64,000 nucleotides of DNA from Octopus vulgaris. Lineage: Eukaryota. The DNA is taken from the NCBI GenBank assembly GCA_951406725.2, contig OX597814.1, positions 91,450,001 through 91,514,000 of the forward strand, read 5' to 3'. The notes beneath the pieces are model-generated. The model ran no database searches. It was not told the DNA's origin and worked only from the letters and a program-made list of their open reading frames with translations. A program made the position numbers and the translations under genes. Positions 39,391 through 53,384 of the stretch are shown here, piece by piece; position 1 is the stretch's first letter, and each line of letters opens with the position of its first letter.

Positions 39391-40636
39391 TAGGTATATA
39401 TGTATATGCATGTATGTATGCATGTATGTATGTATGTATGTATGTATGTATGTATGTATGTATGTATGTATGTATGTATGTATGTATGTATGTATGTATG
39501 TATGTGTGTGTGTATGTATGTATGCATTTATGTATGCGTGCTTGTATGTATATAGGTTTCTACGTAAAACTGTTATAAGCTGTAGTGCAAACTTTTGTAA
39601 CGAGGTCAATGAACCTTTGCTTTGGGTCACACCATTTCACGCACTATATATATATATCATATAAATATTTATTACGTATTATGTTTGGCAAGCATTCAAC
39701 GATGAAATTTATGAATGAAACAGTTTTTCTGCTATCTCTTTTACTGGCAGCGGATCAAATGTGCTTTTAGAGATTGGACATCATATGCTGTTGATGATAT
39801 TTCCGAATCGCGGTGTAGCATGAATTTATTTTTGTCATATTGACAAATCTATTGGCAACTTAATAAACGAATATACGACATTGTTTTGGCCTTTTAACAA
39901 CTTCATATTCAATAATGGCGGTGTGAAAGGTAGAAATGCAAAATAATTTTTTGTGACAACAATTTATTACAAATTACACTACTATATTCTAATATTACGG
40001 GTTCATTTTATATTAGAACTGAATTTTAGCTTACCTGGAGCAAAATTTAAAGTAATTATACTCTCATATTCCCTATAAGAAAATTTGATATTAGAGATTC
40101 TTTTAAATAACTGGTTCATTCAATTTTCTTTTCATTCTGTCAGTCACTGGGTTACCACATGAAAATGTTTTTCCAGTCCATAAATCAAAACCAATACTTG
40201 TTTTGAGACTTATTCTATTCTAGTAATAATAAATATTCTATGCGTCTCGTTTGCTAGTAACTTTACGTTTGTTTCCCTTAAATGATGCATACTCTTATTA
40301 TTTACGTTATAAGTAGACTGACTGGTAGCAGCCCAAAGTCAGTTCAAGATAAGTAAACCCATTTAAGAAAGATTTGGCAGCCATTTATGGCAACCACATG
40401 CAGAAGTACAAGCGCACACACACGCACAACACACACACACACACGCACACACACACACACAAACACACACACACGCGTACACACACGCAAGAGCGCACGC
40501 ACACAGAGATACACAAATGCGCCGAGAAATACGCACGCATTACACTCACATATGCGCACGCAAATACACACACGCATTACACTCACATATGCACACACAC
40601 ATACATATTACGTACACATACATACATACAGTACGT

Positions 40637-40847
40637 ACTCTTTTACTCTTTTACTCTTTTACTTGTTTGACTGCGGCCATGCTGGAGCACCGCCTTAAAT
40701 CGAGTAACTCGTTCCCGGGACTTATTCTTTGTAAGCCCAGCACTTATTCTATCGGTCTCTTTTTGCCGAACCGCTAAGTGACGGGGACGTAAACACACCA
40801 GCATCGGTTGGCAAGCAATGCTAGGGGGGACAAACACAGACACACAA

Positions 40848-40902
<55 letters not shown>

Positions 40903-41068
40903 TACGACAGGCTTCTTTCAGCTTCTGTCTACCAAATCCACTCACAAGGCATTGGTCGGCCCGGGGCTATAGCAGAAGACACTTGCCCAAGATGCCACGC
41001 AGTGGGACTGAACCCGGAACCATGTGGTTGGTAAAGAAGATACTTACCACACAGCCACTCCTGCGCCT
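40637..41068 (-). mobile_element. SINE family A, near-complete copy. Further partial copies near 3710-3935, 15140-15320, 24910-25720, 49775-49990, 53220-53530 and 60190-60700
   Basis: Reverse complement of the same head, microsatellite and tail layout. Confidence 0.82.
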
Positions 41069-41651
41069 CAGCCGCGTGTCCCCCTCCACCTTCCTTCTTC
41101 CTTACTGCCAGCCTATAAAAATTTCTTTTACACGTTGCTCCTACTACTGAAAAGACTGCCTTCCACGCGCTGCCACAGTATCCTTCGTCTATGCCAGAAA
41201 AAAAGGCCTTTTCGTTCGTCCTCTTGTGTGTTTGATTTCCTGTATCGTACTCTCTTTTTATTTTCTCGTTTTGTATTTATTTGTATTTTTTGTACATGTG
41301 TTTTTATTTTTGCAGTTTTATTGTTACGTCCTGTTCGTGTTCGTAATCATTTTGCCCCGCTGCTTGGAATTTTATTTTAATTCTCTCGCAGGAAGGCCTT
41401 GTGGATTAGTGTTCTGTCTTTGCCTTCGAAACATGCTTGAGTCTACTAGCGACAGCTGATGACGGGGTTTTCTCCTTGTGTAGCACGTCCTGTAACTGTT
41501 TTCTTGTTTTTTGTTTTTTTGTTTTTCCCGTTTCTACGTCTTATTGTGGTGTCCTGTACTCACGTATAATTATTTATATATGCATGTATATATACATGTA
41601 GATGTAGGTACGTATATATATGTTTGTATGTATGCATATATTCTTATTTAT

Positions 41652-41773
<122 letters not shown>

Positions 41774-41789
41774 CACAAGCCACCAATCG

Positions 41790-42760
41790 TCATTCAGCCA
41801 CGCTTACCAGTTACCCTGATGATACAACAGTGTCTCAGGCGGTCAAGAATCCTGATGGCGTAGTAAAACCGCAAAATGACCTGCATCCAATATATAAATG
41901 GGCTGATGAAAATAGCATGTAGTTTAATGCTAATAAATTTCAAGCACTCGGCTATCGGCTTAGAAAAAGACTACAGTCGGACTACATAGGACCAGGAGAC
42001 AATGCAATCCCAGCATTATAATCGGTGCTTCACCGCGGAGTCCACATGAGTAGTGATGCGACTTTCCATATGTATATTGCCAAGATGTCAACACTGTGAA
42101 AGCGAGCATCTGGATGGGTCCTTAGATCATTCAGAACCAGAAATAAGGATATCTTGCTACTCCTATGGAGGAAATCTGTCCTCGGTCGTCTGGATTATTG
42201 CTCTCAACTGTGCTCGCTGCAGACCGTCAAACTGGCGGCCGAACCACTGCACAAAGAAGATTGACCCGTTGAAACAGATAAGCTACTGGGAGAACTAAAG
42301 TTTTACTCCCTGGAGAGAAAGCAAGAAAGGAATGCCGTGATATACATATGGAAGATACATATAGAAGATACTGGAAGGTCTGGCTCACAACTTTGGAATA
42401 AAAAAACTATACCATGCACCCAACTGGACGGCACTGCATGATACCAAAGATACCGTCTTCTTCATCTCAGATAAGGACCCATTATTGCAATAGCCTGGGT
42501 TTCAAGGGTCCACAATTATTTAACATCCTACCAAGGAACCTAAGAGATCTGCATGGTGTAGATGTCGAAACATTCAAAAGGCACATGAACAAATTTCTAT
42601 CTGAGATTCCAGATGACGCTCTCCTCCATCCTGGCAGGAGGCACAAAGAAGAACAGCTTCGTCAAATTCACTTCTTCAGCAAAACAGTACCGAACCGAGA
42701 CCCCAAAATACTGAAGGGTGGTGTTCCAGCGTGCCTCCAACCTCTGGTTGTAACCAGTAA
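41790..42760 (+). mobile_element. CR1/L2-group LINE 3' fragment (decayed RT)
   Basis: YPDDT (cf. FADDT), DLHPIYKWADENSM*FNANKFQ, SLERKQER..IYIWKI, NSLGFKGPQLFNILP..LRDL..FKRHMNKFLSEIPD. Confidence 0.8.
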
Positions 42761-42789
42761 AAAAATATATATATATATATATATATATA

Positions 42790-43808
42790 CTAGCATTAAA
42801 GACCCGTCGTTGCAGGGTCATAGTGCTAGTGCATGTATATATGTGTATATATATGTGTACATATTACATGTACATCTATATATATACATCTACACATAAA
42901 ATACAAAATATAAAGTTATATCTTGATATCGCTAGTGATAACAATGCTCAAAATATATAACAGGCTGGAATTGTTAGCCCGTCTCTTGCAATTTCTATCA
43001 ATTGTATCTTGTCCTCCCTCTTGTATAGAAGTGTGGCGACATTCCAGCCTACCTCTACTTGGGGGGGGGGGTCAGGCATTTTAAATTTTTTTCCGGGACG
43101 TCCTACGTCCCAGATATAAAGGTAAGAATAAAATATTTCCACTTTGCAAGTTCGAGTCGAGTACTCCCTTGCACGCTCCGTTGACTCGAACCTTGCTTCT
43201 ATTGTGGCGAATTTACCGCCTCTGATTAGATATCTTTCATAGCCGCACCAAGACACTTTTCGAAGGTGCTTCCCTCCATGTGTTCAAATCTTTTTTCCCT
43301 ACATTGTATACTTTATAGACAATAGTCTTTTCTTTAATTTAATTTTGTATTATCCATCTGGACTATTCCATTTCTGCACGCTAATTTTATTTTTAATTTA
43401 TTCCCATTCATGTGAAACCACTTATTCAAGTTCATATCATTGATGCAATTTTATACCAATTGCTATTTTTACTTTTGTTATGTTATGATTATATTATACT
43501 TTAGTTTGATTTTAATTATTACTTACTACATATAATTCAATTGTTATTATTATTTTTATTGTTAAATAGAGAAATCATTTGTTTCACTTTTAACACGTAA
43601 TACTGAAATAGTGAAGATATGATATTGCTATGGGCTCGCTCTAGGCAAGAAGTTGAACGTTTTTTTTGCCCATGAAACTACATCGACCCTAAAAAAGGAA
43701 TGTGTAAAATTTGAATGAAATTGGTTGTGTAGTTCTCAAGTTTAGGGAAACACACAGACAGACAGACAGACACACACACACACATTCTCAGTTTTATATA
43801 TATATAGA
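42790..43808 (-). mobile_element. Non-autonomous Helitron (Lep1-like architecture)
   Basis: Minus strand starts A|TCTATATATATAAAA followed by (TG)n/(CTGT)n, and ends with hairpin 42801-42819 plus CTAG|T. Confidence 0.72.
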
Positions 43809-44466
43809 TATAAGTTATTTTTACTTTATAAATTTTTAATTGTTATCATTTGTAAATTTTGTCATTCGTACTATAGTTTTTATTCGAAAATATTTATTCG
43901 TCATTGCTTCCATTTTTATTCGAATATATATTTTTTTTGCCATTCCTTTCATTTTATATCATCACAAGTATATATCTTTACCCTTATATATTATTATTTT
44001 TATCTTTATAGACATAAGTTACGTAAGAACATAGTTTTTGCAAATTTTTATTTTCATTCGTATTTTTTATTTTCATCTTTATTATTATTTTATTTTTGTA
44101 ATTTTATATTTGAATTAAATGATGGCTTGTACAGTAGGGTCCGGCGAACCTATTTTACACATACATATTTGTTTAAAGAATTAAAATATAGTTTATAGTA
44201 TCAAACTATGAGAAAGTGATAGAGAGGCCTGATGATTTTGGTTATATTTTAAGAATGGTTCCAGTAAAACACGGCGTGGTTAAGGAACCGGGAAATGTAC
44301 CTCAAGAAACACGTGTAGCCAAGTCATAAAGTAGTAAGTATTTAGATTTAAATTCTTTTATATGGTGAGATGAAGGGCCTACTATCTCTAAATGGAAAAA
44401 TATATATTTCCTCATTGAGAATAATTTGAGGCCCTGTTACGCCGGAATTTTTATTCCCTAACAAAT

Positions 44467-44507
<41 letters not shown>

Positions 44508-44752
44508 GAGCAAGAGCACACACGAAAATGAAAAGTGTCGCTAAAGAGATCATAGATGCGTGACGAAAGATTTCCGGACTATGGACATGAGTTAAAATTT
44601 ATAAAGAATAAGAACAGTAATAAATGAGTGAAGAACAAATATATAGTGTGTGTTTATTTGGAACAATAACTGACTATCCCGAAATACAACAATATATGTT
44701 TCAGCACACGATTTCACATCAGGAATGTTGCAACATAAATTGGTAAATACAA

Positions 44753-44816
<64 letters not shown>

Positions 44817-44866
44817 ATGTGTGTGTGTGTGTGTGTATGTGTGTGTGTGTTTACCAATTTATGTTG

Positions 44867-44912
<46 letters not shown>

Positions 44913-45262
44913 ACGAGTGGATTCGAACCTGAATGTATAGAATTCCCCTAGATACAACGGTATTTTCATATAGAAAATACAATCATTGACAGCAGTGATG
45001 CTCAACACGTGGCCTACCAAGTCGATTTATGTTTTTCCCACTTAATTGTTTCCCCTCTTCTATGTCAGGAAAAGCTGAAAATAGATAAGAATCACACACA
45101 GCAGTTTTTTTTCCAATTGTTCTCCGAGATATGGCTCTGCTCGTTGTTCTGCGATAATTAAAAAATATTAAAATCCCGCTAAGTTAGTTAGTGAAATGAA
45201 ACGACCACAACCAGTGACTTTTCATTGTTTCTGACAAGTGATATTCATTCTCTCTCTCTCTC

Positions 45263-45326
<64 letters not shown>

Positions 45327-45674
45327 CTGCAGCTGAAACGGCAGGCAGAATGATAGCATCATTTTGTCTTCCTCATCTGTTCACTTGTTCCTCAATCGTT
45401 CTTTTTGTCTTACTTCTGCAATCGACCAAAATTGTAAACAACAGCACAAGAAGATGAAAAAAGTGATCTCCATTTTGTTTTGACTTATTGAGAATTTGAT
45501 CTCAAATATTTTGTAACGGCTTCGTATCTCCAATCAACAAGGACTACTTTGAACTCTAACAGCTTTTTATAACAGCTTCGCGCTAACTTTCATATGAGTT
45601 TTGACATTCCTTTCTCAATACATAATTACGGTTACGGACTTCTTATATTTGCAGCTTTCCTTTTGTTTTCCCAA

Positions 45675-45731
<57 letters not shown>

Positions 45732-45949
45732 TACTGATGTCGGTCTAATCGACTGGCCCCCTCCCCCAAAATTTCGGGCCTTGTGCCTATAGTAGAAAAG
45801 AATATTACTGACTGCTATGAACATTTAAACTTGCCAACATTGAAATTCTTCTCCTCCTAATTCATCATTTTGAAATTGTCTGTTAGGAACATTTCAGTTT
45901 GTCAACATTGAAACTTTTAAAAGTTTTTTTTCTAATTCATAATTTTAAA

Positions 45950-46642
45950 CTTTTACCATTGATAAAAATGCTTCTTTTGGCTGTCTCCATACGTATACTC
46001 GGCCGGTGGTCGGAAATGAGGTAAAATATGAGTCCTCCGAAAAAATAACATTCTTCCACCGATCTAGGGACCAATTCTGTAGGTTTTTACTCCACTCTAA
46101 ACGCTTTGCAACTTTTGTTTTGAAAGTAGTGGTATTCTGATTGCATCCCTCCCGTGAAATCCGACTTTGTGCAGCTCCCGTCGAACAGTTTTTGTGGAAA
46201 TTGGGTTCTCGAGGTAGTCATTAAGCTCTGCAGTAATTTTGTGAGCTGTAATTGTGTGATCCTTTCTAACAATTCGCGTATTTGAAAGTTTGGATTTTCT
46301 TCCGGAGTTTTGTTTCGACGATGGGGTTTTTCCCTATGTTTCTCAAAGGTTGCCATTACTTTCGAGACAGTACTTCTTGATACACCATACATTTCGACTG
46401 TTTTCATTACACTAGCGCCTGCCATACGCGCACCAACAATTTGACCTATTTGAAAGTCCGATACATCTGTCATTTTGATGAATTTAATTACCTTTTTTTT
46501 TTTTATGAAATCTGAAAAGAAACAGCAGTTTTAGCAAAACATAAAATCAAAAACATAAAAATAAACAAGCTTTTGAGAGTTTTATAGACATTTCAAAATC
46601 ATGATACTATGATGCTAGGTGCTTCCATTATTTTATCCAATA
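45950..46642 (-). mobile_element. Tc1-like transposon 5' fragment
   Basis: MTDVSDFQIGQIVGARMAGASV...GVSRSTVSKVM HTH N-terminus, frameshifted downstream; TIR-like remnant near 46615-46640. Confidence 0.78.
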
Positions 46643-46886
46643 ACTAAAGGTGGTGAGGTGACAAAAACGTTTGCACGCTTGGCAGCGTTCTTAGCGGCAT
46701 TTCGTCCATCTTTACGTTTTGAGTTCAAATTCTGCCGAGGTCGACTTTGCCTTTCTTCACTTCAGGGTCGATGAAATAATTACCATTACAGAACTGGGGT
46801 CAACGTAATCGTCTTACCCGATCCCGCGAATCGGCTGGCCTTGTGCCAAAATTTGAAACCTATATATATATATATATATATATATA

Positions 46887-48176
46887 CGAGGGGCGTTCAA
46901 TAAGTAATGCCCCTGACCCACTTCCCATAGAAGTAGAACAACGAAACTTGGCACAGTTATTAGTCTTTTTCTGCATAGAAAATACCCAGAGTTACGCATT
47001 TCTCCCATCGTTTGATGCAGCTCTCGAGACCGTTTTTGTAGAAGACTCCAGCTTGGTCCTCCAACGACGATGTGACTTCAGAAAGCAAGGCTGCATCATC
47101 TGGAAAACGCTTTCCTTTCAAAAACAACTTCATGACTGGGAAGAGGTGAAAATCAGGGGTGCAAGGTCAGGAGAGCAGGGGTGATGGGGGAAGAGTTCAT
47201 AGCCGCACGCCTGCGCTTCTTGTCTGGGGACATGCGAGTTGTGGACCGGTGTGTTGTCCTGCAGGAGGAGGATGCCTTTGCTGATCTTGCCCCGCCTCTT
47301 GATTTTGATAGCTTCTCTTAATTTCCTCAAAAGTGAAGCTTAATAGGCCCCTGTAATTGTGGTACCCTTTGCCAGGAAATCTGTCATCACTATGCCGTCC
47401 TGGTCCCAGAAGACTGTGAGCATGACCTTGCCAGCGGAGGGCTGCATCCCTGCCTACTTTGGAGGAGGTGAATCACGGTACTTCCACTGCATTGACTGGG
47501 ATTTGGTCTCTGGATCATAGTGATGAGCCCAGATTTCCTCCTGTGTAATCGGTCTTTTGAAATATTTTGACTCATCTTCTTGGCACATCTCCAAATTCAT
47601 CCTCGAGCACACGACGCGTTTTTGCTTCTGGAAAGGTGTGAGCAACCTGGGAATCCATCTGGCAGACACCTTTTGCCTATGCAAATGGTCATGAATGATA
47701 GTTTCCACAGACCCGGTACTAATCTTGACCTCATGGGCTATTTAGCGAATAGTTATGCGTCGATCTTCCAAAATAGCAGCCTCAACTTGACGGACAGATG
47801 CCTTATCAATGGCAGAAGGGGGCGACCAGATCTGGGAGCTGTTTCCACAAAGTTCCGATCATGTTTGAATTCACGATGCCAGCGTTTTACAAGGTCATAT
47901 GATGGGGCATCATCACCATAAGTTACTTTCATTTCATCAAAAGTCTCCCGTGGTGTGCGTCCTTTCAAATACAAAAACCGGATCACTGCTCGACACTCAA
48001 CAAGCTCCATTTCACACTTGACTCAGTTCAAACACCTGTAAATCCGAAACCACAATTAGTTCAGAGCTGTACTTTGCCACTTAATCTATAGCGATATGAA
48101 TAATTGCACATGCAAAATTTCAGCTAGATCAAACAAGTGCGAGAGGGTCAGGAGCATTACTTATTGAACGCCCCTC

Positions 48177-48177
<1 letters not shown>
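46887..48177 (-). mobile_element. Full-length decayed mariner (DD34D-type) transposon
   Basis: About 33-bp TIRs CGAGGGGCGTTCAATAAGTAATGC(C/T)CCTGACCC, TA flanks, 1291 bp. Transposase pieces RAVIRFLYLKG, VSARWIPRLLT, WAHHYDPETK, LLQDN, PCSPDLAP are broken by stops and frameshifts. Confidence 0.95.
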
Positions 48178-48229
<52 letters not shown>

Positions 48230-49215
48230 TATGATCAAAGAGATTCCAGTAGTGATGATTCGGCTAGATTAAGATCTGTCTAGAGCCACCACTTCTAATA
48301 TATCTTTTTTTTCTTTTTAAATATGTAGCGTAAAAGATAAGAAGTAGATTTTGATTTTATATGATTTTATATTTTGCTTTATTGCGACGGGATTTCCAGT
48401 GAGAATTGACACAATGTTTTCTTCTGATCACTTTGTATATATACAAACTACACCAGACATTCAGTCATAATTACAAGTTTATAATATTTATTAGACTCAA
48501 CAAATCAATATTCAGTTATAGTACTATTTCCTGTTCATAGTGCAATCGGTTTTTCCAAAATACTACCGGGAAATTGAACCTGTGAATGTGCAGTTAGAAA
48601 ACTGACACAGAATACATTTCAGAAATATTCGTATCACAGCAAGAAATTGTCATTGCAGTACGATCGTAAATTGTGTTTTCTCACTCAGTAGTGGTAATCA
48701 GAGATGTGAGAAGTAAATAAATAATAAAAAGAAAACAGTTAAAGAAACGAAGGAGAGTGAGAAAAGAGAAGAAAATTACAATTGAAATAAAAAAGCAATC
48801 AATATCTTTAAATATAAATTGAATACTGTAATCAAATTGACATTAATTCAATGTAATATTTAAACTGTTCTCTCAAGCAAAAATATTGTCTACGAAGTAA
48901 CCACGAACAATTTAGTTAAACTAAATTAATCATAAATACACTTGTGACGAAAACCACTTTCACGAACGATTGTTTTTTTTTATTTTCTCCAATTAAAGTT
49001 ATTCTCTTTGGGTATTTATTTTTTTAAATATTTTATTCATTAGACAATTACTTTGTCGTAATAAATGGAAGAGCACAGTAGTAACTATCGGGAAACTGTT
49101 TAAGTGCTTGTTATCATCAATTGAAAAGAAATGAAAGTGAAATATATAAATTAAAAGCTGGTTATGTCTTCTTCTTAGATTGAAATTTGATTATATATAT
49201 AATATATATATGCTT

Positions 49216-49267
<52 letters not shown>

Positions 49268-49296
49268 GTATTTATATATGTGTGTGTGTGTGTATG

Positions 49297-49329
<33 letters not shown>

Positions 49330-49627
49330 AGAGGCGTAATGACCCAGTGATTATGTCAGCGGACTCGAGGTGGAAGGATCACGGTTTCGATTTCCAGACA
49401 GGGTGTTGTGTGTGTTTATTGAGCGAAAACACCTAAAAGCTCCACGAGGCTCCGGTAGGGGGTGGTGGTGACCCCTGTTGCATTCTTTCACCCCAACTTT
49501 CTCTCATTCTTTCCTCCTGTTTCTTGAGTAACGCTACAATGGACTGGCGTCCCGTCCAGCTGGGGGGAACACATACGCCATAGAAACCGGGAAACCGAGC
49601 CCATGAGCCTGGCTAGGCTTGAAAAGG

Positions 49628-49632
<5 letters not shown>
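49330..49632 (+). mobile_element. tRNA-derived SINE family C (V-domain-like segment)
   Basis: A/B-box-like head (GGTTTCGATTTC) and ATGGACTGGCGTCCCGTCCAG motif, flanked by microsatellites. Confidence 0.65.
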
Positions 49633-49695
<63 letters not shown>

Positions 49696-49698
49696 TAA

Positions 49699-49758
<60 letters not shown>

Positions 49759-50016
49759 TATGTACATACGTATACTCTTTTTTTTTACTTGTTTCAGTCA
49801 TTTGACTACGGTCATGATAGGGTATCGCCTTTAGTCGAGCAAATCGACCCCAGGATTTATTCTTTGTAAGCCTAGTACTTATTCTATCGATAACTTTTGC
49901 CGAACCGCTAGGTTGCTGGTACGTAAACACCAGCATTGGTTATCAAGCGAAGTTGGGGAGACAAACAGAGACACACAAACATACACACACATGATGGACT
50001 CAGCTGATAGCTGTAC

Positions 50017-51710
50017 TCCTCCTATCGATGACAACAGTTGTTCTGTAAAAATTATCAGTCCCGATAATTCCGGATATTCCACGAAGCGTGCAAGACGGTT
50101 TCCCTATCCTGCTCGCACCTTGGGCATGTCGGTGAGACGGCACTTCCGTGCCTTGACAGGATATCACGAACAAATAACGCCGCATGTAAGCACTGCCAAG
50201 CCAGGGATTTCTGGTAATTATCCAGGTTCCCCGTCCCGAACGTTCTTCTGGACAGATTGATCAACTGACTTTCATCATAGCCGAGGGTAACCCCCAAGGA
50301 GTCTTCTGACTTTGATCCTACTATCCCGCTATAGAAATCCGCAGTGGAACTTTTATTACCGGCATTGCCCGTCCGAGAGGGTAGCTGAAGTGTCTGACGG
50401 CACTCCAATTTCCAATCTCCCAGTGTAGGTTTCTGCTTGATCTATGTACCAATGTCCGTAAAGGACAGTAACTGCGTGAGGTAGAAATGGATGTGCAGTA
50501 ACTACATCTGCTCTCCATCCAGGTAAATCCAGATGTGCCTTAATCTTAACGTGAATTTTCGCATTTCCACCGAAGGCATCCCTAAGCCACACTTTAGCGG
50601 TTGCTGACAGCAGACAGAACGCTTCGCAAGTGGCTTTCCTCCCTTTCACAAAAAGCTGAAAAGGATTCTCTTCAACTTGTTGTGAGTAAGTCACCACGGT
50701 CAGGCGGTGGTGATAACTGATGCTGTAAACATCTGCACCATCTCCGTCCTCCTTAGCAAGGATAACGCCCGCCCAGACCGGGTCTGGGTCAGTGCAGTCA
50801 CCTTGCTGGTTATCTCCCTCCAATTCTTCTCTATTTGGTGGTCTGGACAAAACCAGACTCCGACCAGCTTTACAGGACCTTCGGTGCAGTACCCCGCGAT
50901 GTTATTGGACGCCATCGACTTGCCCCTCCACGCGCAGAGTTGCAAACCGACCGACTTGTCCTTGTTAACTTTTGCTCCTGCCATCACCTCGTAGATTTTG
51001 ATGGCCTCTAACACCATTGGAAGCTGGCCCTCATCCGCTACGATAATGGAGATGTCATCCGCATACGCAGTAGCACTTCTTCTACACCATCGATTATGCC
51101 CCCCCCCCCAGTGACTCCAACTTCCGCAGCAATGACTCAAGGGCCAATACATACAAACACGGGGACAGGGGACACACCTGACGCAATGACCGCTCGGTTC
51201 TGAATGGTTTCGAAAAGAAACCATTCACTTTAACGACAGACTCGATGTCGCTGTACAAAGCAACAATCCAACCGCGGAAGGTCGGGCCAAATGCCAGCCT
51301 TCTCAAGGACCGGCGCCAAGTACCGATGGTCGACCCTATCATACGGTTTGAAATGTAACAGTGCCCCTCCTTCACCAGAAAGCTTCCCTACCCTCTCTAA
51401 GGTGTAGCGTATAAGATGCAGGTTGTCGTGAATCGACCTGCCCGGGATTACGCAAGTTTGCACCCTCCCCACAGATCCGTCCACGACCCGCGCCAACATT
51501 TTTGCTAACACCTTGGCCAAAATACTAACTCTGTTACTAATCTTGTCCCCCTTGCTCGGGTCCTTTCTGATCAGCGTCACCACCCCTCGGCTTGCAGACT
51601 AGCGAATTCTCCCATTCTGTTGCCAATTGGCGTAAATGCTGGCCAGCAAGTGCCCGAACAAGTGTGGCACACTCATATAGAATTCATAGGGCAGACCATC
51701 GAGACATGGC
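50017..51710 (-). mobile_element. L1/Tx1-clade LINE ORF2 fragment (RT to zinc finger), decayed
   Basis: VTLIRK, IPGRSIHDNLHLIR, YDRVDHRYL, LRQVCPLSPCLYVLALE, AYADDI, GAKVNKDKS and CPRC..ETVLHA across frameshifts. Confidence 0.88.
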
Positions 51711-51984
51711 GAGGTATAAACAGTAGCTGCACGACATCGTGAAGTATATGTGCCACATAAATGTGGCTAACCCTTAAGCCTGATGACGGGACAATACTCA
51801 GAAACTCGAGTCCGTGTGTATCATGTCAGGTTGAAGACGGGAAGGATGGCATCCCTGTGCTTGATAAGGCACAGAAAGTGTGTCAATAGCCAGGTGTAGG
51901 CGGTGTCCTCCTGGGACTACAAACGACAGTAGCACATCAACACTTAAGGGTTCGCCACATTTAAGTGGAAAATATACTTCACGA

Positions 51985-52022
<38 letters not shown>

Positions 52023-52119
52023 TATACATATTTATGTATATATATATATATTTATATATATATATATGTATATATATATATTTATATATATACATATATA
52101 TATATAATATATATACATG

Positions 52120-52160
<41 letters not shown>

Positions 52161-52206
52161 TGCATACATATATATATAATATATATACATGCATATATAT
52201 AATATA

Positions 52207-52242
<36 letters not shown>

Positions 52243-52347
52243 CATTTATATATATTATATATATACATACATATATGATATATATATACATATATATAAT
52301 ATATATACTTACATACATACATAGGTGTAAGTATATATATTATACAC

Positions 52348-52399
<52 letters not shown>

Positions 52400-52415
52400 G
52401 CGGACAGATAGACAG
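51985..52415. repeat. Degenerate (TA)n tract followed by (GATA)n
   Basis: Directly visible; representative of dozens of TA/CA/ATAC tracts across the window. Confidence 0.95.
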
Positions 52416-53309
52416 ATGTGTATGTGATTAATTGACTTTTTTCTAATAAACAATCAGATTATGGGCAATTTCTTCTACGCTATATGGCAACAGTAATCAA
52501 CACAAACATTTAACACATAAAATACATTGAGCGTTAATTGAATTTAAAAAAAAAATGCTAGTAATGAACAATAGAGCAATCAGCGTAATAATTGGGAAAG
52601 ACAACTGATCACTATCGATGGAGGTGAAAAACATGAAGCTAAACATTTCGACTAGAAAGAAAAATGGCTCTATTTGTAATTCATTTTGATTTGTTACACA
52701 TAATGCATTTATAGATATATTTGACATTAATGACAGCGTAAACGTCGACCATTATTAATGACAAATCTTTTTGTAGAGAGGTAGCTGAATCTTTAGAATG
52801 GGGAACATGCCTTACAGTTTGGTAATTATTTTGAACGCAGAGCATGAAGAAATTATAACTTCTTCATGTTCTGCGTTCAAAATACGCCGAGGTAAGCTTT
52901 GTCTTTCATCTTCTTGAAACATTGTCGTCTCTGTAATTAGCGAATCACTCCTGAAAATTTCAGGTTCCTTCTTTGAGAGGTGGAGTAGTATTCAAGAACT
53001 GATGACTAATTTAATCAACTATACCCACCACACAAATTTAAGGCCCTGCGCCTGGTCAAGACATTAGTTGTAACAAATTCGTTACAACTTCAGAAGAAAA
53101 TCTTCGAGATATATATCTCATCCCTATGTTTTAAAGTGAAAACTTGTCTAAGTCAATTTTACTCTTCCTTCTTTTTAGATCGATAAAATCAAGTACTAGT
53201 CAAATACCGGCATCGATTCCATCGTCCCTTTTGCCAAACCGCTAGGTTACGGACACGTAAGCACACCAATATCGATTATAGAGCGGCGATGACACACACA
53301 CATATATTA

Positions 53310-53384
<75 letters not shown>

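Noticed and set aside
41380-41490. Hammerhead-like pieces (GAAGGC...GCCTTC-GAAA and a downstream CTGATGA)
   Set aside because: Core elements are missing or in the wrong order; at most a heavily decayed remnant.
47130-48010. Host SETMAR or active transposase gene
   Set aside because: No SET domain; bounded by TIRs; split by stops and frameshifts, with the first catalytic Asp motif altered (QEEIW).
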